Positions 14,651 through 29,100 of a DNA stretch of 64,000 nucleotides are shown piece after piece. Position 1 is the first letter of the stretch. Every line of letters begins with the position of its first letter. The DNA is from Ascidiella aspersa. Taxonomy: Eukaryota. Location of the stretch: the NCBI GenBank assembly GCA_963924565.1, contig OZ004611.1:25048001-25112000 (forward strand), read 5' to 3'. The notes under the pieces were generated by a model. That model was not told where the DNA came from, searched no databases, and saw only the letters and a program-made list of their open reading frames with translations. The position numbers and the translations under genes are program-made.

Positions 14651-17600
14651 TATTTCTTGTTTATTTATCTTTGGCCGGGCAAATATTTAACGAAGCAAAC
14701 CCCGACAAAACGATAAATTTTAGATGTTTTTACCACCCTTACCAGTCTCTGCGGGTCAACGTGAGTTTACGATAGCGTAAAGTAGATAGTGATCTATCGC
14801 TTACGAAAGGCGGTTTGCGCAAATTGGTTGACGCACTACCAACAGAGAATTCGAAAAACCTGGCCTTAAATGCGGAGTTTGAGTCACACAGCCTGCGTAA
14901 TTGGAAAAGGGCTTGACTTTTTAATTAAAGCACCGATTTCTTTTAATCGCGGTTTGATTCGCACCAACAAAATAGTTTTCCCTCCTACTCTGATTGCGAT
15001 TTGGAGTGAATGACAGCGATTGATTACCAGCCACACATTTTTTGTTTGCTTTTCAAACTTCCAAGACAAGAACACGTTTAAAAATACTTTGTTTTTTGTC
15101 GTAAACGACTAATAAACTAAGGACAAGGCAATTTATCCAATTTTAAAATGCTCTGTTTTTGATTGAAAAAAACTTTTAACGCCATTTTTTTCGAGATTGT
15201 TTTGTGTTAGCCTCGGCAATAGAAAGCGGTTCAAGCCTGTTAATCCCAGTAGACGACAGCAAAAAACGCCAACAAATGCAACGAGGACAGCGCCAGAAAT
15301 GCGATTAAGCGAAAAAGAAGGTGCGTACTTTCCTGTGTACACACCAAGACATTAGAACCGCGTTGTTGCCACTCGTAGCAAAATCCCGTCCACAGCAACT
15401 TAACGGGTCAACGCAAGGCCGATGGGCATAGAGCGTTAACAATTAGGAGAATATTTCGACGCACTCCATACTGGCTTGGACAAATCGCCTTAACAAATCG
15501 AAAACAAAACGTCTTGACACGTATTCGAGCTTAGGCCGATTAGTTGGCAAATTCAATACCAGGAAAGACATTGAATTTAGGTTTGCGAGAGGGTGTATAG
15601 ATGGCAATCCTGAACGATAAGCTGCCTTGACATACACACACCCCTATAATAACCCTGCCAATAAACATGTTTGTCTCGCAAGTGCCAAATATGCATTGTC
15701 ACACCTTCCAATGCTGTAATACGAATACTGAATGCAAGTATAAAAAGACACGTTTAAAATACGCTACAAATTTTGTAGGACAGAACATGACATTTTTGGA
15801 GGATTAACTTCAAGGAGTTAGGACCAGAGTTTTTATTCGGAGACCGTATACAAGGTAAATTTAAATTGCATTTTTAGGTTATTGCTGCATAAAAATTAAA
15901 ATAACATCAACTAAAAAAGCCATGCAAAAAGAAAGAGCTATCACTGAAGGGTCAAAACGTTGTTTTAAGCCACAAACCTGTGGTACAAAAATGGCTATTT
16001 TTGAATTCCCGGAACGACTTTCGAACAGAAAATTGCTTGCTTTGAACTTCAACTTACTTGTAAAAGTTAATAACTGCAAATCAGAATTATAAAGGATTTC
16101 TAAAGGTCTGCTACGTTCCTTTACACTTTTAAAGTTCGCATCAGCGGGTAAGTTCGATTTTAATCCGACATGAAATGCATAAACACGCCGGGATTAAACT
16201 CGCACTGAACCTCGGGTTTTCTTCTAAGACGATTTAACTATAGTCAAAGGACCTCCAACGAGACTACCTAGCCAAACCACTGCTGTGCTGCAAACGTGAC
16301 AACTTACATTTAAATTTCTACACAACCACAACGAAGTGGAAAAAGTTGATTAAATATGTCTTTTATCGTATTTATAAAAAGCCAGATATTTTCACAGTAT
16401 TTTGTAGCGGAACAGATGATCCTTTTTGGCTTAACTGTGATAATATATGTTAAAAGAATATATTTTTTGAAAACTTTTTCATTTTAATTTATGTTTCAGA
16501 AACGAGTGAACAACCGCTTGAAAGTCTCAAGTGTAGCCGCACAGCAAAATTTAATATCTTGCTGTTTTCCTTAGAAACGCGGGACCTTTGAAAAGCCTGG
16601 TCAGTACTACAAGTTAAGTAAGCTCCCTATAGAACCCTAGACATCGTCCATTTTATCAGGGCGTTTCCTCTGTACAAGCGCGATATTTTTGTGAACTTAA
16701 TAATGTGAGTAGTATCGCAGTAAAGGCAACGTGTGATGGGCGTTTCCAGATGAGCATACTGACGTGTTACCTCTCTGTAAAAGCATACAGAAGCAGTAGA
16801 TACGACGTTCAGTCGAGAGAGGTGCGTTACTGCGAGGGCCATAAATCCCTTTGTGGGTGTTTACCTACGAAATGAAAACCACGTTATCTGCTCGAGGAAT
16901 GTTTATACCTTTCACGCGCCTCGCCGACCTTATCCAGTCACAATATATCACCTTTCATTGTTGTAATAGTGACGACATAAACGCGTGGTGGGCCGGTGCG
17001 TGGTTTGAATTTTAAACCGGTTTTAACAGGTATTAAGCAATGAGACTGAACTAATTGTTATAGAGTTGCTTCTTTTGCTTACAACAATCGCTTACTGAAA
17101 CTTGCCAAATTCAACCTTCACTTTCTCTAAAACTGTTGTAGTTCTATATTATTATAACTGGTCCGAGTTATTGATTTTAATTCGTGATTCCGAGCTTTAG
17201 AAATGTAGAGCTAAATTTAAGCATAATATCGATGTTTCGATTGCCACCTTCGTCGGTTTAATGACAGCCCTGTATCTAGGAATTTCGAATAATATGGTTT
17301 AATATTTAGGTGGTAATTTGACCCCGGGCATCCAAATTCATTTTAATCGGTCTTTGATCCAAAATATTTCAATCAAATGCTGGATAACACCTATCCCTGT
17401 ATTTTTGTCGAAATGTAAAATAGAATCTTTGGAATGTTTTTAAGTAGGAAAAAAAGTAAAAAAAAAACGTTTTTTAATCCTAAAAAGTTGACTTTTTGCA
17501 ATGAATTTATTGTTGCTGCCAGGTATTGTATCAGTTATCAATTTCAAAATTGATCGTCCAGCAAATAGTTTTTATTATTAAATGCACCGACGTTTAAAAA

Positions 17601-20600
17601 ACTTATACGGGAAATCTTCATTATCGTAACGTCGGTACATTTATGAAAATGTATATATAGCTTAGCTATCCTCGGCAAATAACAGAACCATTCGTCAATT
17701 TTATTGCAAGAGTATACCGGCCTAAAAGTGACGACTCTCTAAAAAATGACTTCACACATCAAAGCTCCAGTGTAGCAGCCGAACGGCGGAAAGAGGCTTT
17801 CCAGGATTAACTTCGGGACAATATTGACAGGTTTATGTAACGTTGGCGCAAATGCAGACTTGCTGTCTCCGGCCATTCGGTCCAGTTTCGAGAAAGACCA
17901 GAGTGCTCTTCTCAGCAATAAAAACCTAACCCGGGGCCACGTTATAATTACGCAGGCTGGTAAACAAGCAATTTGAGCACGTACCACTTCATAGTTAAGG
18001 ATGACGCAGTGGCAACGTGCAAAAACAACAAGCAATAAAACTTGACTGCCCTTGACCGCATAAAACTGATCAGGCAGTAAATTTAACTGCCTGATGACCT
18101 TAGCTTTACAAAAGGTTCTCAAAATTTTCTGTGTGTATAGCGCCCGTACAAAAATCCCGGTACAACTTTTACTAACAAGGTGATTAACCTTAACTGTCGG
18201 CCAAGACATTAAACTAACACCATAATGTTACCAGTTATATTCAAATAAACAGTGTGCATTTGGGTTTAGTATGCTGCCTGCAAGACTTATATGCCCATTT
18301 GCATTACGAATTGGATAATATAAAAAAATACAATATATTTACACAGTTTGAGAACCACTGGCTAAAACTACCCTGTCTTGGCAGTATTATTCTACCTCCC
18401 AGAATCAAATTGTCAAAACAGCACTCCGTAAAGTACGATCAACTGTGAGATAAACACTCTGGCAAAATAACATCGGCAAAACCTCACCACCTATCTCAAC
18501 CCGAATCAAACACGTGCGCTTCATGGGAATATATAGCCTTAACGGGGTTTTGTTGGCAGATTTGCGTCAGCTGTATAATGCAGTGGAAAAACAACGGCCG
18601 AACATTCTCCAAAGTGAAATATAAACTAAATCAGTCACAAGAAGCACTCGGTGACAGGTTTTCAAAGTTTTCGACGCCCTTTAGTACACTTCGTTGACAC
18701 CTTTGTTTACACAAGTATGAATTATTAATTTTAAATTTAGAGAAATATAAAGGACCTAAGATCGTAGAGTTTTCTGCAAGAATCAAACATTAAATCTTAA
18801 GAAACGTACTCTTATGTAAACTTTAGAAACAAATCACAAAAACAAAAAACATATACGTTATCTTGGATCAATAAATTTTGAAGAAACCGTTCGCAATTTT
18901 TTATTTAAAAAAAATATCCGCACGAAACAAGCACAGTAGGTTTGCAACTTTCAGTTTTCCCTATCTGTGAAATACCAATGAATGAGTTTGTGCATTAAAA
19001 GTTAAAACCGTGAGCCTTGATCGATATTAAATTGATGTCTTAGGCTGCAATAAACCACTGAGAGACTATATTACTGTACCTGTAACGCTTTATTGAGCGC
19101 ACTTATTTGATTACTGTATTATACATAATGAAAAATAATAATATGCACCATTTTTATCCACATTACATTTTTTTCATCCGCACAAGTGCGTACCACTCAC
19201 GGGTTGTAAAGCACTGACCTACACCAATGCGACAGCGACTTGCGTTTGCCAGCTTCACTGCACGAATGGTGCGATATAACACGAATCAGTCGTTAAAAAC
19301 CCCACGCGAAAAAGGTTAGGATTGATATAATGCTATATGCTGCTTTCATAGGTCGCGCTCTTAATTCTTCGCTGATCTATCACGAACTCGATTACTTTCT
19401 AACGCAGCAGGCTTTGGCAGGTGACTGGATGAAATGCCTGCCACTGTGCCTTTCAAAAAAAGTCTAAAACATCGCAACGCCGTTGTAAGAGCGAGCAATT
19501 AGGCGATGATAGAAATCGGCACCACAATAGACACAGGAGAAATAGCAGAAGAAAAAAAGTTGGCCTCTCTGAATAGCGTTAATGGACACAATAAAGGCGC
19601 GGTTTCTCATTGACAACATCAGCTGGGAAAGTAAGGATAAAAGAACCTCGTGTTTTCGTTTCGAGTTGAAGCCGCCCGGGCCGGTATTGTCCGCCGACGT
19701 GATCTTTTAAACGGTGTTACGCGACACTGTGGGAGTGCGATAGGTTAACTGGTTAGTTGTGTTTGCGTCTCGAAACTGAATGGTAACTGAAGACTGATTT
19801 GCCATTCGGAACATCGCATCATTGCTGAACCGACCGAATCCCGATGATGCACACCCCCAGTTTGATTTTCAGTTGACAAACAACTTTCTCGAAGAGCGTG
19901 TTTCCGTTTTACGTATTAAGTTCTGTCGTAAACGCGATTTCGTTTGTTCAAATCTACCAGTGATGTTTAGATCACATCGTGGTAACAAGGTTCCTGTGGA
20001 TATTCCACGACACTACTTCGTTTCAACGAAAGCTTGTGAACAGCAACTATGTTGACGGAAAATAACTTTCGAAAACAAGATTCCGCTTTCACTTGAATAA
20101 TGAAAAGCAAACCGCCCTAGACCATTCAATTATAAGCCGAATTCAAGGCCTAACACTGGTTATGTTCCAATGCTTGACAAGGCCATGTTACTGCAAGCAA
20201 TAACTAATAGCAGATTGCAGTATGTTTGCTATAAAACACCGTTGTTGATGATATTGAAATTAAACCGAATTTCAAAAACATAATTATTACATAATTTTAA
20301 AGGAAGATTAACACACAGTAATGCCTTTTCTTAAGGTTTATCCGCATGTCGCTTGCTATCGATTTGTTGTACCTTATCAGAAGGATCACCGCCATATGAC
20401 AATGTTTGCAAAGTCAAACCAGGAATGCCGTATCGATTATTTTGCGGCACCGTGCTATGAGATGCAACGCAGATTTCCTCGCCAACAATTTATAATCCAG
20501 CGTTAATATTAATAGCAAAGAAATAGATTGATCGATCGGGTACATGGAAATCAATGTAACTGTAAAATGTGTTGCGTAACATGTAAAAACAAACCATTAA

Positions 20601-23296
20601 AATGACCTGAAATGCATCAATTGCTTGTGTGAAATGTATTTTTAAATAACTTTTACACGCGGACAACAGATTGCCCACAAATAGCCTAAGCAAAGGCATT
20701 TTTTTAGGAGAACAATGCGCAGTTTTCAATAGACAACAATCACGAATATCGCTAACAACAACGTGTTAAACACTCGAGGCTTTATTCAATTCAAGACAGG
20801 AAAATAAACACAATGGTGTCGGATCGATGTTCTTTCCCACAATTTTCTTAAGGCGGCCGCATTCCATTCCCATAGAGGGCTAAGTACAACTTTCAAAGCC
20901 GCGCTTTGCTCGGTGCGTGGTTCAACCTAGCTCTATTGTACCTGGACCTAGGCTAACAAGTGGCCTAGCAGCATTCACACACACACAAACACATTGGCTC
21001 TGGAATGCAGCCAATTCAGTCGTCACAATTGCCATTCAGAGCCGACTGTGGCAACAGTCGTTTTATTGTTCCGCCATAAAGCCTAACTGACTTCCGACAC
21101 AGGCCGCCGGGCGCAATGTTTATGTTGGCGCTTAGTGGTTTGGCCTTGTAAAGACCCAGCGGTGGAAAGCAATGCCGGGCGAACTCGATATCAAGTTTTA
21201 AATTGATCCTAGCCTTTAAAATAACACAGTCACATTCCACATGGGCCTGTAGCACCAGGCCCGTCCACACCTGCTCAAGGGAGTATATTTAGCATTTGAA
21301 ACCCAATATTTTGAACAACGCCGGTTTATTGCACGCAGGCCTCGAGCGTGGAAAGATAAACAGTCGACTTTAAATTCGTTTGCGTTGTATAGCAATGGAA
21401 AGAAACGCTTATTCTCGTAGTCAAACTCTCACATTTTTTTACCTAGAGGAATCATTTTGATTTTCTGAAATAATGCAGGACCATAACAACTTTTAAAACA
21501 GGGCAAATCAAACATAACATCGCAATAATTACAAGAACATTGAAATCCTTACTTATAAAATCTGCTTACTATACACAAGCTGCCAAATATTTTATTATGG
21601 TAAAACTTGGCCTAACTTGGCCTAATTCGAATAGTGTGCCACGGGATGCGGCAAATATAATTTATTATTATTAGTTAATGAATTCAAAACGATGTTTTGC
21701 AGACCGCATAATTTTTTAACAAGACCCATCTTGAGAACGACTGATCTAAGGTAAAGATAGTTAGCGGCAATATTTTCCTACGAAATTAGGTGACGTAAGA
21801 ATTTGTCGATGAATACAATTATATACAACTCTATAAACAGCAATTGAATGTATGCCAAGCATATTTGGAATCGACGAACTTTCACGTAACATGCAGTCAA
21901 TGATGTCTGGTGCTCATCGTGTTTTCAATTCTATGCATTCCAAAACAGCATTCGCTTTTAAATCGATACCTCAAAATTTTCCATAATCAACCGAATCAAT
22001 AAAACAAGATTTGGCGAAAATTACGGGTGGCTCATTCCTTCAGGTGTTAGTTTAAAATTTTAGATCATCAATACCTTATCAAATAATAAATTATTTCTGA
22101 TTTCCAGGCGAACCAAAACTCTTAACATGCATATAACATAAGTGCACAATTTTGTCAGACATTTTGTTCTCTTCAGCTTTTTAGGGGCAGCAACATGGCC
22201 CTCCACACCATAAAATAAACTTATTATAAAATTAAAGGACTCTGAATAAATCAGACGTTTATTGTTTTTGTTTAAAAAAGTTAATTGTGGCAGGGTTAGA
22301 AATTTTCGAGAAAAACAATAAAGGTATTAATGTTCTTTATACACAGTTTTGAGTAAATTTGAATTTCCATTTTCATCTTTATTTAATTCTGGGTTTGATT
22401 TTAGCTTAGAATTGTATAAAAAAAAGTAAAATACAAATAAAAAAGGCAAATGTAACTGATACCCCCAAAAAATAATCATACAAAAACATACCGTGTAATG
22501 GTGGGAGATCCAATCACTTAGCTCTTTCGGCGGCCCTGGTTAAACTCTTCCATAAAATCAACCTTCAACTTCTAACTAACGCCTTATTCCACGGTGAATC
22601 ATAGTCGGTAAGCGAAATATCACGTTCGCGCGATCAATACGCAAAGCGTTCCATGCAAACCTCAGGTTGAACGCAGGAATCCACCCTTGCCTTTGATCAG
22701 CCCGGGGAGTCTGCCAAGCGTCAGGAAAACCAACGGAATCCATAAAATCGAAGCTGATTAAGAGCCGAGCCCCGGCGCTCGCGCGATGAAATCATCACCG
22801 GATTGTGACGCGCAAATGATCGCGAGGTAATCGAGATCCTACATTAACTTGAAAGGGTGAAACGGGTTGAACCTCATGTTGTTTTCAATACAGACGGAAA
22901 TAATATATATAAATGGAATAGCTCTATATGTAATTTAAACCTATTGCTTAATACACTATTATATTTAAGCGTATAGGGTGAATATTGAAGTTTATATATA
23001 CGTTTGGTAGAATGTTTTGAACTCTTTAATTATTAAAAAAAATTAAAACGTTAAAAAAATGCCACCTTTAACTATAGAAACTTAGACTGATAACAATTGC
23101 GCCCCACCTTTTATAAGTGATGCTTGAATTACTTCTCAGTCACAATAACTGAAGATGATACAAGCTCGCATCGAAACGTCTTAATTAAGATTATGTCAAT
23201 CAACTCGACCTTTTTCGCTTTGCAATTCATTATCAAGCTGCATTACAGATCCGTGCATAGTGTACCCAATGCTACCTTTGTTGGTGCAATACATTC

Positions 23297-23330
23297 TACG
23301 TCTAACTACAACCTTCAACCAATATGCGCT
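23297..23330 (+). mobile_element. Family P copy 2: tail-only fragment
   Basis: tacgtctaactacaaccttcaaccaatatgcgct matches the family tail tacgtcttactacaacctccaaccattatgctcc. Confidence 0.55.
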
Positions 23331-26154
23331 AAATTGTTTTGCGTTTACTTTTATTGTTTATTTTACTTTTTGTAAAAATTGTTTTGCTTTTAATTTATAT
23401 GCTTAGCCTACTGCCTGGAATTCGGTTAAAAACTTCCACAGCAGAATAAGAGAAGCAACTCTTAGTTTTTAATCAAATTATTAGCAATTGAAATGTCAAG
23501 GCTATGTTTAAGTATTGCCATCTATGTCGCTTAAATTGCATTTGAAAAATAGTTTGCCTATATTAATGCACTAGAAAGTTGAATAGATAGGTGAGTGTTA
23601 CACAGCTGCAATTTCATCGAATTAAGAACAGATGTGAAAAGGGGCGTTTACGAGATCATAGTGTGATCTTGCGTTGTGCACATGTTCGACAATCGCTAGT
23701 CACTTATACGTAGTTTACTTGCAATCGGCTTTATGCCAACCGGCTGGCGACTTAATATTGCACCTATTTCCGTTCGCGTGAACACCCAAATAAACACGCG
23801 TTACTTTCCCGAGTCTGAAGTAGTCTGTCTGTGCAGTGTCCAACCTGTTGACGTTTTTTCGGTAGCGTTGTATATTAGTCGATTTTATTGCAAGTAAATG
23901 TAACGCGCTAAACTCAACTTTATACCATATTAGTAATGATGTCCGATGCTTCGTTTTTTATCCCTATATCGAAGTCCTTTTCGGGAAAATGTATAATGGT
24001 CTGATCTATACCCAATAACTTCGTTTCTATGCCAAAATAAGCGAAATTAATGAAACTAAAGCAAGTGCAATATTTCATGTAAAGAAAAAATACTTTAGCC
24101 CTGATAATTATTTAAGTTAACTGTTAATAATAGGTTCTTTTCTCGAAAAATCATATAAACAAAAAATCACAATTTTTTTGAATGCTTAAAACGCCAAATT
24201 GTGTTAGTTATTTTGCCAATGCCTACCCTGTCCACGGCATTTTGTAAGTTTTTTTATTTAGCGAATTCCTTGGCAAAGTACATGCGTGGACAATTTCAAC
24301 AACAAGCGACTTAGTGTTTGTATATTCCTTACCGCGTGACGCGTCATTTAATGCTATTGTCGGGTATTAAGGCGCAGTTTGTTTAGATATTGCGGAAGGT
24401 ACAACTTGAAGACACAAACAGTTCGCTGGAAAGGCTTGACATCAATTTACCTGGAAGTTGAATAAATAGAAAGGAGAAATTCTGCAACCAAGCATTGTCA
24501 ACAATTGAATAAAAACAATAAAACTGACAAATGAACCGATCTAAATATTCGCCCTGTAAAACTGAAACTGGATGTCAAATCTCCATTTTATTATATTTTT
24601 GTACAACCCCTCTAATCCCAATAAAAGATTAGATCAAATATTGAAACAAGAAAAAACTTTATGAAACTTTGATTACAAAAGTGTTGAGTGCCTTACTGCA
24701 AAATGAGTCATCACATATGTCGGTTCATCAAAAATTTTAGACGCCCAAATTTACGAAATGGCGAGTCAGCAAAACATAAGCTCTCAAACGCAATTAGGAG
24801 CCGCGCACAACCCACAGTCGCTTGGGGAGTCTATTAGAAATCCTCACGCGATGCATACCCGGATAGTTTCCGCGCCTTTAATCTCTCAACACACGACCTT
24901 CAAGCCTTTGCGGCGCACCTAACATGGCTCAGCAAGGAGCAACTGTAGAATGCGGTCTTTTTATCTTGCCAACGCAAGGCAGCAGCCCGCTAGAATGTCA
25001 AACTGTTCTCCGCAAACCAGTTGGTCGGTCTGTGTGCATTCTTTCAACACACGCGCCCGCAAAGCACCCCCGGTTCGAGTAAATTCAGATTTTGAACTAT
25101 AGGCGGGTTGTAGAATTTTTCTAATTTAATTGGTGGTCGGGCAAAATTTTTACCAATTAAGACGCTGGTTTCCATAACAGTTAAGTTATATCGGCGTCGT
25201 TCATTAGTTAGTTATGTAAATTTCCCAAAATGAATGGACTTTACGTGTGACATTTAGGCGATAAATGGTTGGAAATATTACATAATCAAAACGAAGCAAA
25301 AACGTTTGTCAAAACAATGTAAACTCTGTTAATAAACCAAAGTCATCTATTATACCAGTCATAGCCAATTTTTAATTTATTATGCCCTTCATTTAATTAA
25401 TTTTGTTTTTCAGTTAGATAATTTCGATTCCAAAACAAAATCGCGTTTCACCAAGATTGCCTACCAAAATGTGCTAAAGATAAAAAGTCAACATTTTGAT
25501 AATGGTAAATTTCAACTGTTGGTGCTTGCGTTAAACCACCTTGAGCATATATTCCCTAACTAAAAGAGATCTCACACCAGTTGAATTTTTATTCGTTTAA
25601 AGCAGCAATTCGTAAACTGTGCCACCCCATAGCAAAGTGCCCTGGGACATTCCCAAGAGGGACGTGAAACATTCCAAAAAACTATTTGTATTAGAAATAG
25701 GCAAACAACAAGCACGCAAGACTTATACCTAAAGTCCTACATTATCGTTTAAAATAGTGGATAATATGATGCTGTGATATTTACATGCTGCCTCGCCTGC
25801 GGTCAACCCCCTTGTGCAATTACTTTCAAACCAATGAAAAAATCTAGCCTCGCGTGCAAACCCTAACTTTGCATTAAACACCAGAAACCAGTTTCCCACA
25901 GAATCCCAACAACGATTCGGGGAATCCCCTTTGCTGTGCTCCCGGGGTAATAACCGCTCGACCGTGACGCGCGCGTGACTTGTTGCAACACGAGGGCGAA
26001 ATATTTCGGATTCTCGACGTTTCTACGGTGACGTAACACCGTCGCGTGTCCGCCATTTTTCAGATGGCAAAATATTGGCGAAACGGTTTTGGAATAATGA
26101 AAAATCGTGATTTCTTCGACGGGTGTATGTCCGATATAGTGGATGTTTTGTAAT

Positions 26155-26186
26155 GATACCGATACCCGATATACCGATACCCGATA
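26155..26186. repeat. Short (CCGATA)n-type array, typical of MITE subterminal repeats; related remnant at ~44285-44375
   Basis: gataccgatacccgatataccgatacccgata. Confidence 0.6.
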
Positions 26187-29100
26187 TTTTGGATGAAACG
26201 TACCTCGTCCGATTCCATACAAAATATGACGTCACTTCTTCAGTCAACCAAAGATGAAATTAAAAAGTTCAAAAGCAATTATATTTTTCAGGTAATTTAA
26301 AAAAAGCCGAAAGAACAGTTGTTAGCCTACTAACTTTTATTAAATTTACTTTTGAAGGGAGAAATAACTCCGTTTAATCGCAAATCATTTGGTTAAAATT
26401 ATCTTTTATTTGATTTCGGATCAACACCGACATCACCCTCGTATTTTACGAGTAACATACTACCACTTTACATCCAATATGGTCTGGTAACCGTTGTTAC
26501 AGAGTATCCATAGTTTCCATTACTTAAATTTTTCACAAAAGGCAGTAAGTTTAAAACTTTCTTAGTTTTTTTTTATACCGGTATTTTGTTAGAAAACATT
26601 TGTCGTTAGGTGAAGCATTAAAAATAGAGCATCCTTGTGAGTTGTACGAATAAAACCGAGCATCGTTGCAAGGCAATTACGTTTGGAAAACAACAACCAT
26701 AATTACAACGACACTTAAAGTTTTTTGGATGTTTTCTTAGTTTGATTATGTTTACTTACAACAATTCTTCATCGAACATCGTTTGATTTCTTGTCGCATC
26801 AGTATTCAATCAATCAAACTATAACATATCCGGGTACCGCCTATCAGCATTGAACTGTTCAAAAAGCCACGTTCGGAAACAACCTGTAATGCTCCCTCAG
26901 AGGTCAAGCGCGCTCTTTGCCATTCGGGGTTTAAAAAGCTGAGTACAAAACCGGCTTTGCCTCGCTTGAACGGGTCTCAAAAGGTCGGTTGTAACGCGAC
27001 CCTCACATCGGCCGTGTCGGTTCACGCCCCCGGAACGAAATTTTGTTTAGCCGTGGACACGCCCTATTCCTGTGACGTAACGCCACTGCTGGATTTTTTT
27101 ACGCAAGGCTGCTACTACTATACAAATAGAGTGACGAAACACATGCGTAACATTGATTTGTAGCAAAATCTATGGAAATAGAACCAAGAGCAAATAACAT
27201 TTTAATTAATATTTTGCCGAAATGATCAAGCGTTGTTTAACTAAACCTTATGTGCTGCCTTATAAAACAGCAAAGTGGACAAATTTTAGGTTTAAGGCAG
27301 TAATTCTCAAACTGTGTGCCATAGATTCCCGCGAAACAATTATTAATTTTTGTAAAAAAATGCTGTACTAAAAATAGGCATACGAGCAAGCATGTAAGAC
27401 ATCCACACTTTCAAACTACTCATAATGTCATATTACAATATTTACATATTTTTCTTGTGGGCGATTATCAAACTGTAAGTTGTGACACCATTCTTTTGTA
27501 AAAAGAGTATCACTTTTTAACCACCTTTTTTTAAAAAAGAGTAATGACATTTTCTCAATTTTTGCCAAGTGTGCTGCAAGCTAAAATACACTGGTTTAAG
27601 GACAGTGTATAAAAAGTCAATACGAATTTAGAATTTGTGACCCTAAAAACATAGAGGAAGAATAATTTCATTTGGCAACATTTTCCAGGTAAAATCAAAC
27701 CGAGTTTATTAATTGTCAATATGCATTGATATCTACGCGGCAGAGTGAAATAAATCGAGTCAGAAATCGATTTCATATTTCCGCGCATGAGCGATTGGTT
27801 GTGTATGGTTGTCGAATTTTGTTACATCGGTATTCGATTGAAAAAAAATTAAAATTGGTTTCAAATACGTCTACCTTTGCGCCAGTGAACTTAAATCACA
27901 ATAACCCTGATCATTTTTTTCAACAAAGGAATGAGTTTTATTGAAGGTCAGCGTTGCGCTCACGAACGTATAGGCGTAATGAGCTCCAAATTGGCAGATT
28001 TCTTTATTCCGAGGCAAAACTTGGCAGAAGTTGGCGCAACGATCGGTGGGAAAATTTGTTTTTGCGCAATGGAGGTGGCGGCAACTTTACACAATGGCGG
28101 AAGTCAATAGGAAACCTTTATTAATGTTGAGCGTGTGAGGCGCGTTTATGCTTTGTGCGCATGCTTTCCTATGCGGAGAATGACGTAATAAAATTACGCG
28201 AAAAACCTGTAAATTCGCCTCAACCATTTTCTTCATACATGACTTCAAATCTAATGAACCTGAGTAATAAAAAAAACAAATTTGCTGTTTTGTCTTCCTT
28301 TTTGAACCATGCGCAAAGCAATACAATTTTTATGTCTTACGATTTTAACCATGTGTAAAAATTGTGCTTTTATGAATATACTATTGCTTCTATAGGCATT
28401 GTATTAATTGTAAAATTGTTCTTGCAATTTGTATTAAATGCACCGATGTTTCGTTGTTGTTGTTCTATCTTACGAATATAGGCATGTGTAAAGAATACTA
28501 CATTTTGTTTCAAAAATTAATAAAAGCGAATTTTTTTTGTTTTAGGCAATTTGAAAATAGGCGACCACTATATAAATATAAAAAAAAACATTCTCTCTAA
28601 AAAGTTTGGAATGTCTTATTCGAGTTTCAATTCTTGCTGAACCTCGAAATCGAATTAAAATCACAGTATTGGTGCGGAACACACAACAAAACCATGTTTA
28701 ACTTCTACACAGTAATCCCAAACACACGTAACACCGATACACATCTTACAGATTAAAAATGGAAGCTCGTAAAACCGCAAGCAGGTGCCGAAAAGTCAAA
28801 GGTTTAAGCTGGGCCTCTTACACGACGAGGTTTGACAGCATTCCTGTGGTATTGCACCATCACGATACGCGCGAGTGTACGACTCATTTAACCTCGACCA
28901 CCCCTTGTGCTAGAACAATGTTTGCCGAAGTCAAGAGGGTTTTGTGGGAATTAAACCCACTAAAGTTAACTGTAAAACTTCCGTAAAACAAAGATAAGGG
29001 CAGGGATGAAGTGAGCATTGTTTAGAGGTTTAAAAACATAAGTTTCTTATTATATCTATAAAAATAATATATATGGTTTTAATCTTCTGTGTAGTCAATT

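Noticed and set aside
18091-18125. CTGATGA hammerhead core next to a hairpin
   Set aside because: No GAAA after the putative stem II and no compatible cleavage-site arrangement.
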